Source: an uncultured Acidobacteriota bacterium
GTDB taxonomy: Bacteria > Acidobacteriota > Terriglobia > Acidiferrales > UBA7541
Reading direction: 5' to 3'
Assembly (NCBI GenBank): GCA_963714785.1
Contig: CAVQQE010000012.1
Location: 147,027 to 211,026 of the forward strand
DNA: 64,000 nucleotides
A program made the translations under genes and the position numbers. Below, piece after piece: positions 9,225-17,069 of this stretch; position 1 is the first letter of the stretch, and each line of letters begins with the position of its first letter. Below the pieces are notes generated by a model. That model did no database searches. It saw only the letters and a list, made by a program, of their open reading frames with translations, and was not told the DNA's origin.

Positions 9225-9575
9225 GTGATGCTAAAAAAGCAGGAGATTAAGCCGGGAATCTGGGTGTTCGAAATGAGCGGACGCGTCCAGATGGGCGCCG
9301 ATTGCAAACGTGTGGACCAGGAAGTGGACAGTCACATCGAGAAAAAAGAGACACGCATCATTTTTGATATGCATGATGTGGATCACATCGATAGCGCGTT
9401 CGTCGGCCAAATCGTGAAATCGTTTACGCGACTTTCAAAATCCGGCGGTACGCTTCGCCTTGCACGTGTAAGAGGTATGGTTGAAGGCGTCCTGAACATG
9501 ACGCAGGTAAATCGCGTGATTCAGGTGTTTCCTACCGCGCAAGCTGCCTCCGAAGATTTCCCCGCGCAGAAATAA
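9225..9575 (+). CDS. STAS-domain anti-sigma-factor antagonist
   Basis: 116 aa. The pattern FEMSGRV..IIFDMHDVDHIDSAFVGQIV..SGGTLRLARV is typical of SpoIIAA/RsbV-like STAS proteins. The start could be GTG 9225 or ATG 9228. Confidence 0.75.
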   Translation: MMLKKQEIKPGIWVFEMSGRVQMGADCKRVDQEVDSHIEKKETRIIFDMHDVDHIDSAFVGQIVKSFTRLSKSGGTLRLARVRGMVEGVLNMTQVNRVIQVFPTAQAASEDFPAQK

Positions 9576-9601
9576 TCCCCGCATGAAGTAAGCTCACGAA
9601 T

Positions 9602-10177
9602 ATGTTGTGCTGGTCCAAACCTTCTGTGGATTCAATTAACGCGTTCATATCCGCACAACAGAATGAGACGTTTTCATACTTTGAAGTGGGCAGTTCCCGA
9701 CAACAAGCTCCTCAAGGATATACCGTCGACCATAATCGAATTAATCTGGGTCATGGAGTAGAGGCATTCGAGCGTGCGAAATCTGCCATCCGACAGTGGA
9801 AAATGTTTGAAATGCCTTGGATTCAATTATGCTGGCCGGACACGTCTATCGAACCTGGTTCCACTGTTACCGTTCTCGTCTCGCATTTCGGATTCTGGTC
9901 CATGAATGCCTGTCGAATTGTTTATGTAGTCGAAGATGACGCTTCGCCTGAAAGATATGGCTTCGCTTATGGGACGTTACCCGGCCATGCGGAAATAGGA
10001 GAAGAGCGCTTCACGGTTGAATTCAAGCCGGATGATCAAACAGTTTGGTATGACATTTACGCATTCTCACGGCCTCGCATGTTGACGCGTTTGGCTTATC
10101 CTCTTTCAAGGGGTCTGCAAAAACGCTTCGCCAGAAACTCGTTGGAGGCGATGCGGAAGGCCGTGCCATCGCGATAA
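9602..10177 (+). CDS. DUF1990 (UPF0548) family protein
   Basis: FSYFEVGSS..PQGYTVDHNRINLGHG..F..AK.A..W and GFAYGTLPGHAEIGEERFTVEF match the DUF1990 signature as I remember it. Confidence 0.7.
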   Translation: MLCWSKPSVDSINAFISAQQNETFSYFEVGSSRQQAPQGYTVDHNRINLGHGVEAFERAKSAIRQWKMFEMPWIQLCWPDTSIEPGSTVTVLVSHFGFWSMNACRIVYVVEDDASPERYGFAYGTLPGHAEIGEERFTVEFKPDDQTVWYDIYAFSRPRMLTRLAYPLSRGLQKRFARNSLEAMRKAVPSR

Positions 10178-10190
10178 GCGTTTTGCCCGG

Positions 10191-11237
10191 CTATCTCGCC
10201 TCAAGCATGGCGCTTGCGATTCGGCGTCCCACCGCTGGCGCGATCACGCGCACTTCATCCATCAGACGGGCAAATTGTTCGGGGTAAATTGATTGCGCTC
10301 CGTCAGACAGAGCGCGCTCAGGGTCTTGATGAACTTCAATCAGCAATCCGTCGGCACCCGCTGCAACCGCGGCTCGGGCCATGGGCGGAACTTTGTCGCG
10401 ACGTCCTGTGCCGTGCGATGGGTCCGCCATCACCGGCAAGTGAGAAAGCTGCTTAATCACGGGAATCGCCGCAATATCCATGGTGTTGCGCATGTATGTG
10501 TCGAAGGTGCGAATGCCGCGTTCACACAGAATCACATTGTAGTTTCCGCCAGACATGATGTATTCCGCGCTGAGCAACAGTTCTTCAATTGTCGCGGACA
10601 TGCCACGCTTCAGCAGCACCGGCTTGCTGTTTTCTCCCAGTGCGCGCAGCAGGTAATAATTTTGCATGTTGCGCGCGCCTACTTGCAGCACATCGACATA
10701 CGGGAGCATCAGCTCAATTTGCGAAGGATCCATCACCTCACTCACGACCAACAAGCCGTTCTTATCCGCGGCATCACGCAATAGCTTCAGTCCTTTTTCG
10801 CCCAGGCCTTGAAAAGAATAGGGCGAGCTTCTGGGCTTGAATGCGCCACCGCGTAACAGTTTCCCGCCGGCGTGCGCTACAGCCGTGGCGATTTCATTAA
10901 TCTGTTCAGGCGACTCTACGGCACATGGCCCGCCGGCCACGATCACTTCTGTTCCACCAATCGAGACGCCTTTGCCCAGTTCGATGATCGAGCCCTCCGG
11001 CCGAAAATTACGGGAGGCCAGCTTAAAGGGGTGCGTGATGCGTATGATTTCCTCCACGCCTGGCGCGGCCAGCAAAGCTTCGAGTTGGCTCTGATGCTGC
11101 GCGCTGCGTCCAACTACGCCAATCACGGTTCTTTCTTCGCCGCGGCTCAGATGCGCCTGGCAGCCGCACTCTCTGATCCGTTCCACTACGTGGTTGATTT
11201 GTTCTTCGGTTGCGCCCTGCGCCATGTTGACGATCAT
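10191..11237 (-). CDS. aroF: 3-deoxy-7-phosphoheptulonate (DAHP) synthase, type I-beta, with N-terminal ferredoxin-like regulatory domain
   Basis: GGPCAVES...[18 protein letters not shown] core. The roughly 75-aa N-terminal extension [29 protein letters not shown] resembles the Thermotoga-type enzyme. Last gene of the operon. Confidence 0.9.
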   Translation of the reverse strand: MIVNMAQGATEEQINHVVERIRECGCQAHLSRGEERTVIGVVGRSAQHQSQLEALLAAPGVEEIIRITHPFKLASRNFRPEGSIIELGKGVSIGGTEVIVAGGPCAVESPEQINEIATAVAHAGGKLLRGGAFKPRSSPYSFQGLGEKGLKLLRDAADKNGLLVVSEVMDPSQIELMLPYVDVLQVGARNMQNYYLLRALGENSKPVLLKRGMSATIEELLLSAEYIMSGGNYNVILCERGIRTFDTYMRNTMDIAAIPVIKQLSHLPVMADPSHGTGRRDKVPPMARAAVAAGADGLLIEVHQDPERALSDGAQSIYPEQFARLMDEVRVIAPAVGRRIASAMLEAR

Positions 11238-11252
11238 GATTAGTCTCCCAAG

Positions 11253-12110
11253 TTACGATGTGTTGCTATTTTCAGTCTTCGCAGAAACGTAAGAACCTAA
11301 AATCCGCACGTCTACCGCGAGCTTTTTTAGTTCGTCTAACGCCGCTTGAACCTCCGGATCGCTCGCAAACGCCTGCAGGTCTAAATAAAAGCGGTATTGC
11401 CAGGGAAGCCCGCGAACGGGCCGGCTCTCGACTTTCATTAGATTAATTTTTCGACGCGCGAAAGGTTCTAGTGCGTAAAATAGCGCGCCGGGAACGTGTG
11501 CAAGCCTGAACACCAGAGAAATTTTGTCCGCTCGCTCTGGCACAGTCTCCATCGCCGGTGCCAGCAGGACAAACTGCGTGTAATTCTCGGGATCGTCTTC
11601 CAAGTTCTCGCGAAGAATCTGTCCACCATATATCTGCGCGGCGCGTTTACTGGCGATGGCAGCTCGTTTGCGATCTTCAGCCCGCACGATCTCGCGAACA
11701 CTTCCCGCCGTATCGTCCGTTGCAATTCTTTTCAAGGATGGTCGGGAGCTGAAAAACTGCTCGCACTGCGCTAAAGCTACGGGATGCGATTCCACGACGG
11801 TTACATCTTCAAAAGTCGATCCCGGTAGGCCGATTAAGTTGTGCTGCACGCGAATAATCACCTCGCCGATAATCGTCAAATCGCTCTCCACCAATAAATC
11901 CAAAGACCTTTGAACCGGACCGGCCAAACTATTCTCGATAGGCGCCAAAACGTAGCCCGCCTTGTGTTGCGCAATTGCGTTGAAAGCAGCTTCAAAGGTT
12001 GGAAGCGGCAGGAGAGAAACTGCGCCTCCTAATAACTTGATCGCCGCTTCTTCACTGAAGGCACCGCGCTCGCCTTGAAAGGCCACCTGCTTGTCCCTGG
12101 AAAGCTTCAT
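11253..12110 (-). CDS. pheA: prephenate dehydratase with C-terminal ACT domain
   Basis: VAFQGERGAFSEEAA N-terminus, an ESRP motif (MKVESRPVRG), and a 4-nt ATGA overlap with the upstream chorismate mutase gene. Confidence 0.9.
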   Translation of the reverse strand: MKLSRDKQVAFQGERGAFSEEAAIKLLGGAVSLLPLPTFEAAFNAIAQHKAGYVLAPIENSLAGPVQRSLDLLVESDLTIIGEVIIRVQHNLIGLPGSTFEDVTVVESHPVALAQCEQFFSSRPSLKRIATDDTAGSVREIVRAEDRKRAAIASKRAAQIYGGQILRENLEDDPENYTQFVLLAPAMETVPERADKISLVFRLAHVPGALFYALEPFARRKINLMKVESRPVRGLPWQYRFYLDLQAFASDPEVQAALDELKKLAVDVRILGSYVSAKTENSNTS

Positions 12111-12478
12111 GCGACGCCCGGCTTTCGCCGCTTTGGTCGAACTTCAACCGGATTCTTCCGGTTGCGATGGGATGCGGAAACGTTTTTCGATTTTGCTGCG
12201 GCGTCGTAACCGTGACTTTCCTGGATACGAATCGATTCATCCAAAATAAGCTGATAGATTTTTCCGACCGCCTCGCTATCCAGCGGCCCGGGATTCAGTT
12301 TCTTCATGCGGGAGAGAATCTCCTGCTCGCGCGCCGGGACGCGAAGCAGCATGCCAGCCTCTCCCTTCAGCTTTCCAACCTCCAGCGCAAATGCCGCGCG
12401 CACGTTCAGGAGATGCAGCAGTGTTGTGTCGATCGCATCGATCTTCGTGCGCCAGTCTCCAATCTTCAGTCCTCGCAT
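12107..12478 (-). CDS. chorismate mutase (AroQ class)
   Basis: IDAIDTTLLHLLNVRAAFALEVGKLK..PAREQEILSRM is typical of AroQ. A strong GAGGAGG SD lies 4 nt upstream of ATG 12478. Confidence 0.85.
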   Translation of the reverse strand: MRGLKIGDWRTKIDAIDTTLLHLLNVRAAFALEVGKLKGEAGMLLRVPAREQEILSRMKKLNPGPLDSEAVGKIYQLILDESIRIQESHGYDAAAKSKNVSASHRNRKNPVEVRPKRRKPGVA

Positions 12479-12575
12479 CCGGCCTCCTCGGAATATCGAA
12501 AAACAATTTCCAAGCTTCTCGCGTGAAATCGTTAAAACGTTCGAGCTACAAAATCTCGCGCCCCAAATTTTGCGT

Positions 12576-12614
12576 AAAACAAAAAGGCCGCGTCCTCTTC
12601 GGAGGGTCGCGGCC
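12576..12614 (-). terminator. intrinsic terminator of the aro-operon leader (attenuator terminator)
   Basis: Minus-strand GGCCGCGACCCUC-CGAA-GAGGACGCGGCC (12614-12586) is followed by UUUUUGUUUU (12585-12576). It lies UPSTREAM of the chorismate mutase start and downstream of the leader ORF. Confidence 0.8.
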
Positions 12615-12652
12615 GGCTCTTAAGACCTCTTGCGGTGTTTGCTGCTATTTTC

Positions 12653-12739
12653 TCAGATCATCCGCGCGCGTCTCGCCGGGCCGCTTCCCATAGAGGAGAA
12701 GCGGTAGGTAAAGGCGAAACAGTAATCAAACAGATGCAT
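12653..12739 (-). CDS. Phe/Tyr-rich leader peptide (28 aa) of the chorismate mutase-pheA-aroF operon
   Basis: Hand translation of the minus strand, ATG 12739 to TGA 12653, gives MHLFDYCFAFTYRFSSMGSGPARRARMI. Residues 4-14 contain 4 Phe and 2 Tyr. An in-frame stop lies 8 codons upstream. SD is weak (GGAA 6 nt upstream). Its position between promoter and terminator supports a regulatory role. Confidence 0.65.
   Translation of the reverse strand: MHLFDYCFAFTYRFSSMGSGPARRARMI
12681..12704 (-). promoter_or_regulatory. attenuator 1:2 hairpin (alternative to the anti-terminator)
   Basis: Perfect 7-bp stem CCGCUUC (12704-12698, covering leader codons 12-14 including the last Phe codon) / GAAGCGG (12687-12681). 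The 3' arm extended to GCGGCCCGGC (12684-12675) can instead pair with GCCGGCCGC (12617-12609). That sequence overlaps the terminator 5' arm. Confidence 0.55.
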
Positions 12740-12790
12740 CGCGGGTTCCAGTTTTCCTTTCGACTAACACACTCGCGGAGTCGAGCCGTA

Positions 12791-12820
12791 ACTATATCCA
12801 ACGCCTTGCAAATGCGTCAA
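12791..12820 (-). promoter_or_regulatory. sigma70-type promoter of the aro leader
   Basis: Minus strand: TTGACG (12820-12815), 18-nt spacer, TATAGT (12796-12791). Each hexamer matches consensus at 5 of 6 positions. The predicted start near 12784 gives a leader of about 45 nt before the leader ATG. Confidence 0.6.
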
Positions 12821-12913
12821 GCGTTCGATTGTAAAAAGTTGTAAAGCGTTCTGTTACAAATCGATTCGAACCCGCGCAAGTCCAGTCGCAATTCGCACGC
12901 CAGATTTGGCAGC

Positions 12914-13213
12914 TCACGCGGTGTGGCTGAGTGCGGCCAAGGGAAGCGCAGAGAGGTCCAGCTCCACTTCATCTATATAGCACCAGCCCCAAGTCTCTCC
13001 GGGCTCGAACGACTTCATGATGGGATGCTTGGTATGATGGAAATGTTTGGTCGCGTGTTTGTTTTTGGACGAATCGCAGCAGCCCACGTGCCCGCACTCC
13101 AAACAGAGGCGCAAGTGAACCCAGGTATCGCCCATTTTCAAGCATTCCTCGCAGCCATTGGGAGTGCGCGGTGTTACATTCCGAATCTGATTCATATGTG
13201 TACAAGCCGCCAT
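12914..13213 (-). CDS. UBP-type zinc-finger domain protein
   Basis: CEEC..W.HLRLCLECGHVGCCDSSKNKHATKHFHHTKHP....W.WCY is the Cys/His spacing of zf-UBP. 99 aa. Confidence 0.8.
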   Translation of the reverse strand: MAACTHMNQIRNVTPRTPNGCEECLKMGDTWVHLRLCLECGHVGCCDSSKNKHATKHFHHTKHPIMKSFEPGETWGWCYIDEVELDLSALPLAALSHTA

Positions 13214-13253
13214 AAATAAATCCTCCTTTACTGTCGGGACAGAGCTTCAAAAC

Positions 13254-14519
13254 CTAGATGCTAGTTAAATAGCGATGCACGAATGTGACCGCCATGGCGC
13301 CTTCGCCAACAGCCGAAGCGCACCGTTTCACCGAACCGTGCCGCACATCACCCGCTGCAAAGAGCCCAGGCATGCTCGTTTCCAAGTAGTAGGGCGAGCG
13401 TTCCAACGGCCAGTTTTGCGCACGAACGCCATTTAGCGACAAGTCCGGGCCGGTAACAAGATAACCGTCGGAGTCGCGGCAGATCCCAACGTCTCTGGCC
13501 CAGTCGGTCTGCGGCTCGCCGCCCAAACACAAAAAGAGCCAGCGCGTCTCGCAGGTTTTTTCCTCACCTGTTTGATTGTTTCGCAATGTGACCGAGTGCA
13601 AGACATCGTGGCCATGGAGAGCAATCACTTCGGTGCGCGACAAGACCTCGATATTCGGAGACGAATGGATCCGGTCCAGCAGATATTGCGACAGAGTGCG
13701 ACGCAAGCAATCACCTCGAATCACAATGGTGACCTTTCGCGCGAACTTTGCAAAGTGCATCGCAGCTTGTCCTGCCGAATTGCCGCCGCCTACGACGAAT
13801 ACGTGCTCGTTGGAACAAAGTTGCGCTTCGCTGGCTCCCGCGCCGTAATACACGCCTGCGCCATAGAAATTATCCTCGTTCGGCAAGCCGAGCTTACGAT
13901 AGCGCACGCCTGTGGCGCAGATGGTCGCATGGGCCACAATTTTCGTGCCGTCCGCGAGGTAACCGGTACCTTTGCCGGGTTCAAATTCGCCGCGCACTCC
14001 CTCGCGCAGCATCAGAATTTCCGTTCCGAAGCGGCACGCTTGCTCGCGGGCACGTTTCGCCAGATCGGCGCCGCTGATTCCGTCTGGAAATCCCAGGTAG
14101 TTTTCAATCTTCGAACTAGTCCCGGCCTGCCCGCCCACAACGAAGCGTTCAATCAGAACGGTCTTCAAGCCTTCCGATGAACCGTACACGGCGGCGCTCA
14201 ATCCTGCCGGACCTGCGCCATAGATTGCGAGATCGTATTCGGCTTGTGACGGGTTGTGGTACCAACCAAGTTTTTCTGCAATCTGGCGGATGGTGGGATT
14301 TTCCATCCGCGTGCCGTTTGGACAAATGCTGATCGGCAACCTGGGATCGTTCGGTCCGACCACGCCATATTGGCGAGCCTGTTCATCCGTTTTTAGTTCC
14401 ACCCATTCGAACGGGATATCGCCGCGAGTGAGGAAGTCGCGAATGGCATAGGCCCGAACAGAATCGTTGCGGCCTATAATTTTGATGGCTGGCTGATTTG
14501 CTTGTTGTTCGTCGCTCAT
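13254..14519 (-). CDS. FAD-dependent pyridine-nucleotide-disulfide oxidoreductase (thioredoxin-reductase-like) with N-terminal thioredoxin-fold-like extension
   Basis: Two dinucleotide-binding motifs are present (IYGAGPAGLSAAVY and VVGGGNSAGQAA), plus a GD motif FAAGDVRHG. The roughly 90-aa N-terminal domain resembles a glutaredoxin fold but has no CxxC. Confidence 0.8.
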   Translation of the reverse strand: MSDEQQANQPAIKIIGRNDSVRAYAIRDFLTRGDIPFEWVELKTDEQARQYGVVGPNDPRLPISICPNGTRMENPTIRQIAEKLGWYHNPSQAEYDLAIYGAGPAGLSAAVYGSSEGLKTVLIERFVVGGQAGTSSKIENYLGFPDGISGADLAKRAREQACRFGTEILMLREGVRGEFEPGKGTGYLADGTKIVAHATICATGVRYRKLGLPNEDNFYGAGVYYGAGASEAQLCSNEHVFVVGGGNSAGQAAMHFAKFARKVTIVIRGDCLRRTLSQYLLDRIHSSPNIEVLSRTEVIALHGHDVLHSVTLRNNQTGEEKTCETRWLFLCLGGEPQTDWARDVGICRDSDGYLVTGPDLSLNGVRAQNWPLERSPYYLETSMPGLFAAGDVRHGSVKRCASAVGEGAMAVTFVHRYLTSI

Positions 14520-14567
14520 GCATCCTCTGATGAAATAATCAGCGTTTTGGTCGCAACCTCACCAGTA

Positions 14568-15062
14568 CTACTTGCGCGGGGTGCGGAATTCTCTGTCGCG
14601 GGCTTCCAGATCGGTGTCCTCGGCGCCCGTCGTAACGCCCGGTGTGCCCAGGCCGGAGGCGGTGGCACCCATTGCGCGCGGGGGCGTGGTTTCGAGTCTG
14701 TCTTGCTGCATTTTGGCGGATGACTCTTCGGAGTGGGAGACGTTTTCGGCGCCGTGTTGACGCAACAATCCGGCGATGCGATCGACGGAGCGCACATCGC
14801 TTGAACGGACGATGAGTATGCTGCGTCCGGGATAGGGTTGTTTGGTCAAGCCGCCGGCGTCGGGTGAAAACTCGGGCGAGGATTTCTTCTTTGAGCCGAC
14901 GGATTTGGAGTCGGAGGAATTTGATTTGGGATTGCAGGCGTCGTGTTCGGCGTCGGTGATTACTTCCACTTCTTCCCCGGTGATCCCGGCGAATTCCAGC
15001 TCGCGCACGGCTTCCTGAGCGTTCGCGTAGGTGCCGAAAGCTCCTGTAATTTCTATTTTCAT
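14568..15062 (-). CDS. hypothetical protein (Ser/Lys-rich linker)
   Basis: 164-aa ORF in the same orientation, 29 nt downstream of the M61 gene. No family recognised with confidence. Confidence 0.5.
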   Translation of the reverse strand: MKIEITGAFGTYANAQEAVRELEFAGITGEEVEVITDAEHDACNPKSNSSDSKSVGSKKKSSPEFSPDAGGLTKQPYPGRSILIVRSSDVRSVDRIAGLLRQHGAENVSHSEESSAKMQQDRLETTPPRAMGATASGLGTPGVTTGAEDTDLEARDREFRTPRK

Positions 15063-15091
15063 AAGAATCCCCAGCCGAGATTTAGCTACAA

Positions 15092-16963
15092 CTATTTAGA
15101 TGCATGGGGATTTATCAAGTCGTCCAAATAGTCGGGTCTGCTTTCGTCGCGTTGGAGATGCGGGTAGCGCTCGCCGCCGTGATAGTCGATGGTGCAGGTT
15201 TTGTAATAGTCGTCAACGATCACGAGCAGAACGATGGGGTTCGCGGAGTCCTTACTGGCTTTAATTGCGTCTTGAAGAAGTTCGTGAGTGTAGACGCGGC
15301 CGTTCACTGCAACTACTTTCATTCCTGAGGTAATACCGGCTTTGAACGCCAGGCCGCCGACGATGGAATCTGTTACGGAGCCATCTTCGCCAACTTGAAG
15401 GCCGATGCTATAGGCATCTCCGGCGCCGCCACGGCGTCCGGGCACCTTCGAAGGCTTGTCAGTGTAAACAACTTTCCATCCGCCATTTTCGATTCCTCCG
15501 ACTGGCGCGTCGGGAGAGGTGGAGGTGAGCCTCTCATCGAAAAAGCCGGCCCAATCGTATGGCGCGATGCTGTTGAGCGCGGAGACAACTTCTTCAAACG
15601 TGTAGGTTTTTATTTCCGGGCCGTTGTTTTGGCCGCCGTGAAATGAATGAGCGAAATCGTCGATGTTTTTTTGCCCATGACTTTCGCGATTGATGATAGT
15701 GGCAACTTCGAGCCAGATTAAATCGCCTTCGTCGTAATAGTCAGAGCCGCGACGCCAATTCAGCCAGCCTCGCCCGAAGCCGAGCTGCCCGACGGCGGTG
15801 TCGAGCAGAGGACGCCACGTCCTGCCTGGGCGGCCAGGACCAAGCGCCGCAGAGATGGAGGCAAGGACATCATGATATTGCTCGGGAGTCCACAGGCCAC
15901 TGCGGGCTGCGAGCATGGGACCGAAATAATCTGTGAGACCTTCGTAAACCCAGAGCAAATCGGTTTTCATGGGCGCTTCGTAATCCGGGGTAGTCAAGTC
16001 AGCAGGGCGGCGAAATTTTCCATTCCAGGAATGCACGAATTCGTGAGCTAGCAAGCCGCCGACGGAAAAGGCGCCGGTGGGCTCCAGCATGACGCGCTCG
16101 GGTAAACGGCTATCGTTTGATTCGTGATGTTCGAGACCGAAATGCGCGACGTGATCGCTGAGTGTGAGCAAGAAATGATAATCGCGGTAATGGCGCGTGC
16201 CGAAAAGTTTGCCGGATTCAGCGACCAAATTAATCAAGCCGGCCTTGAGTTCCGGAGGCATGGCGAGCGCGGCTTCACTGTCGGCGGCGAGATCGATTTC
16301 GTGATGGATGGGCTCGCCCGGCGGCGTGATGTCGATTGCGCGATAGTATTCGCCAGCGATAACCGGGGAATCGACCAAGCGCTCAAGGGAGACGGGCTTG
16401 AATGTAGCTTGATTGCCGGATTGATTGGCGATGGGGAGCGCGCTGCCGAATTTCCAGCCGTCGGGGAGAATTAGTTTCGCTTCGTAGGTGAGTTGATCGG
16501 CGGGAGTCCCGGCAGGATATAAGACATTCTGATTCCAGCTAATCACTTCGAGCTTGGCGGTGGCCGAAGCACCTGCGGTGTAAGCACCGGAAGCGGAGGG
16601 TTCGATGTAATCAAAATTAATGTCGAGGTGATCGACGCCTTCGGGAACGTCGACGTGGAAAGTGAAGTTGTCTAGTAAATCGCGCTGCCACGGAATCGTT
16701 TTACCGTTGGCGGAAAATTTAAGACCGGTGAGATTGGCGATGGGGCCGTCGGGGCCATGCTCGCCGGGGATCCATTTCGGATAGTAGAGAGTCTGGGGGC
16801 CGGGCTTTACGGGCATGACGATGTGGGAGCGGACTAGTTTTATGGGGGCTTGGGTGGCGTCCACGGTCAGCGAGATTGTTTGGCTTGATTGCGCCAGGGC
16901 TGGAGCGGCTAATGCGACGAATATTGTTAAAAGCAATATGGAGAGCAGGAGTTTTCGCGGCAT
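15092..16963 (-). CDS. secreted M61 family (glycyl aminopeptidase-like) metallopeptidase with C-terminal PDZ domain
   Basis: The track ORF extends to 17212 and would overlap the upstream gene. ATG 16963 has AAGGAGA 5 nt upstream and opens the signal peptide MPRKLLLSILLLTIFVALAAPALAQ. HEFVHSWNGKF is the HExxH motif. The PDZ-like segment is GGLAFKAGITSGMKVVAVNG. Confidence 0.85.
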   Translation of the reverse strand: MPRKLLLSILLLTIFVALAAPALAQSSQTISLTVDATQAPIKLVRSHIVMPVKPGPQTLYYPKWIPGEHGPDGPIANLTGLKFSANGKTIPWQRDLLDNFTFHVDVPEGVDHLDINFDYIEPSASGAYTAGASATAKLEVISWNQNVLYPAGTPADQLTYEAKLILPDGWKFGSALPIANQSGNQATFKPVSLERLVDSPVIAGEYYRAIDITPPGEPIHHEIDLAADSEAALAMPPELKAGLINLVAESGKLFGTRHYRDYHFLLTLSDHVAHFGLEHHESNDSRLPERVMLEPTGAFSVGGLLAHEFVHSWNGKFRRPADLTTPDYEAPMKTDLLWVYEGLTDYFGPMLAARSGLWTPEQYHDVLASISAALGPGRPGRTWRPLLDTAVGQLGFGRGWLNWRRGSDYYDEGDLIWLEVATIINRESHGQKNIDDFAHSFHGGQNNGPEIKTYTFEEVVSALNSIAPYDWAGFFDERLTSTSPDAPVGGIENGGWKVVYTDKPSKVPGRRGGAGDAYSIGLQVGEDGSVTDSIVGGLAFKAGITSGMKVVAVNGRVYTHELLQDAIKASKDSANPIVLLVIVDDYYKTCTIDYHGGERYPHLQRDESRPDYLDDLINPHASK

Positions 16964-17069
16964 TGCTATCTCCTTAGTATATTTTGGCGGCGTCGAGAGG
17001 GCCGCTGACCGCACTTCGCGCGCCAGCATTGCGCTGCGTTTTTTGGCGGTACAACCGAGAAACATACTA

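Noticed and set aside
12576-12790. T-box or other riboswitch as the explanation for the aro-operon leader.
   Set aside because: There is no T-box consensus (..GGGUGGNACCGCG..) or specifier-loop architecture. The Phe/Tyr-rich mini-ORF with overlapping alternative stems explains the region better.
12635-12844. 69-aa + strand ORF in the aro leader region.
   Set aside because: It lies opposite the promoter, leader and terminator arrangement. It has no SD and an odd composition, so it is most likely spurious.
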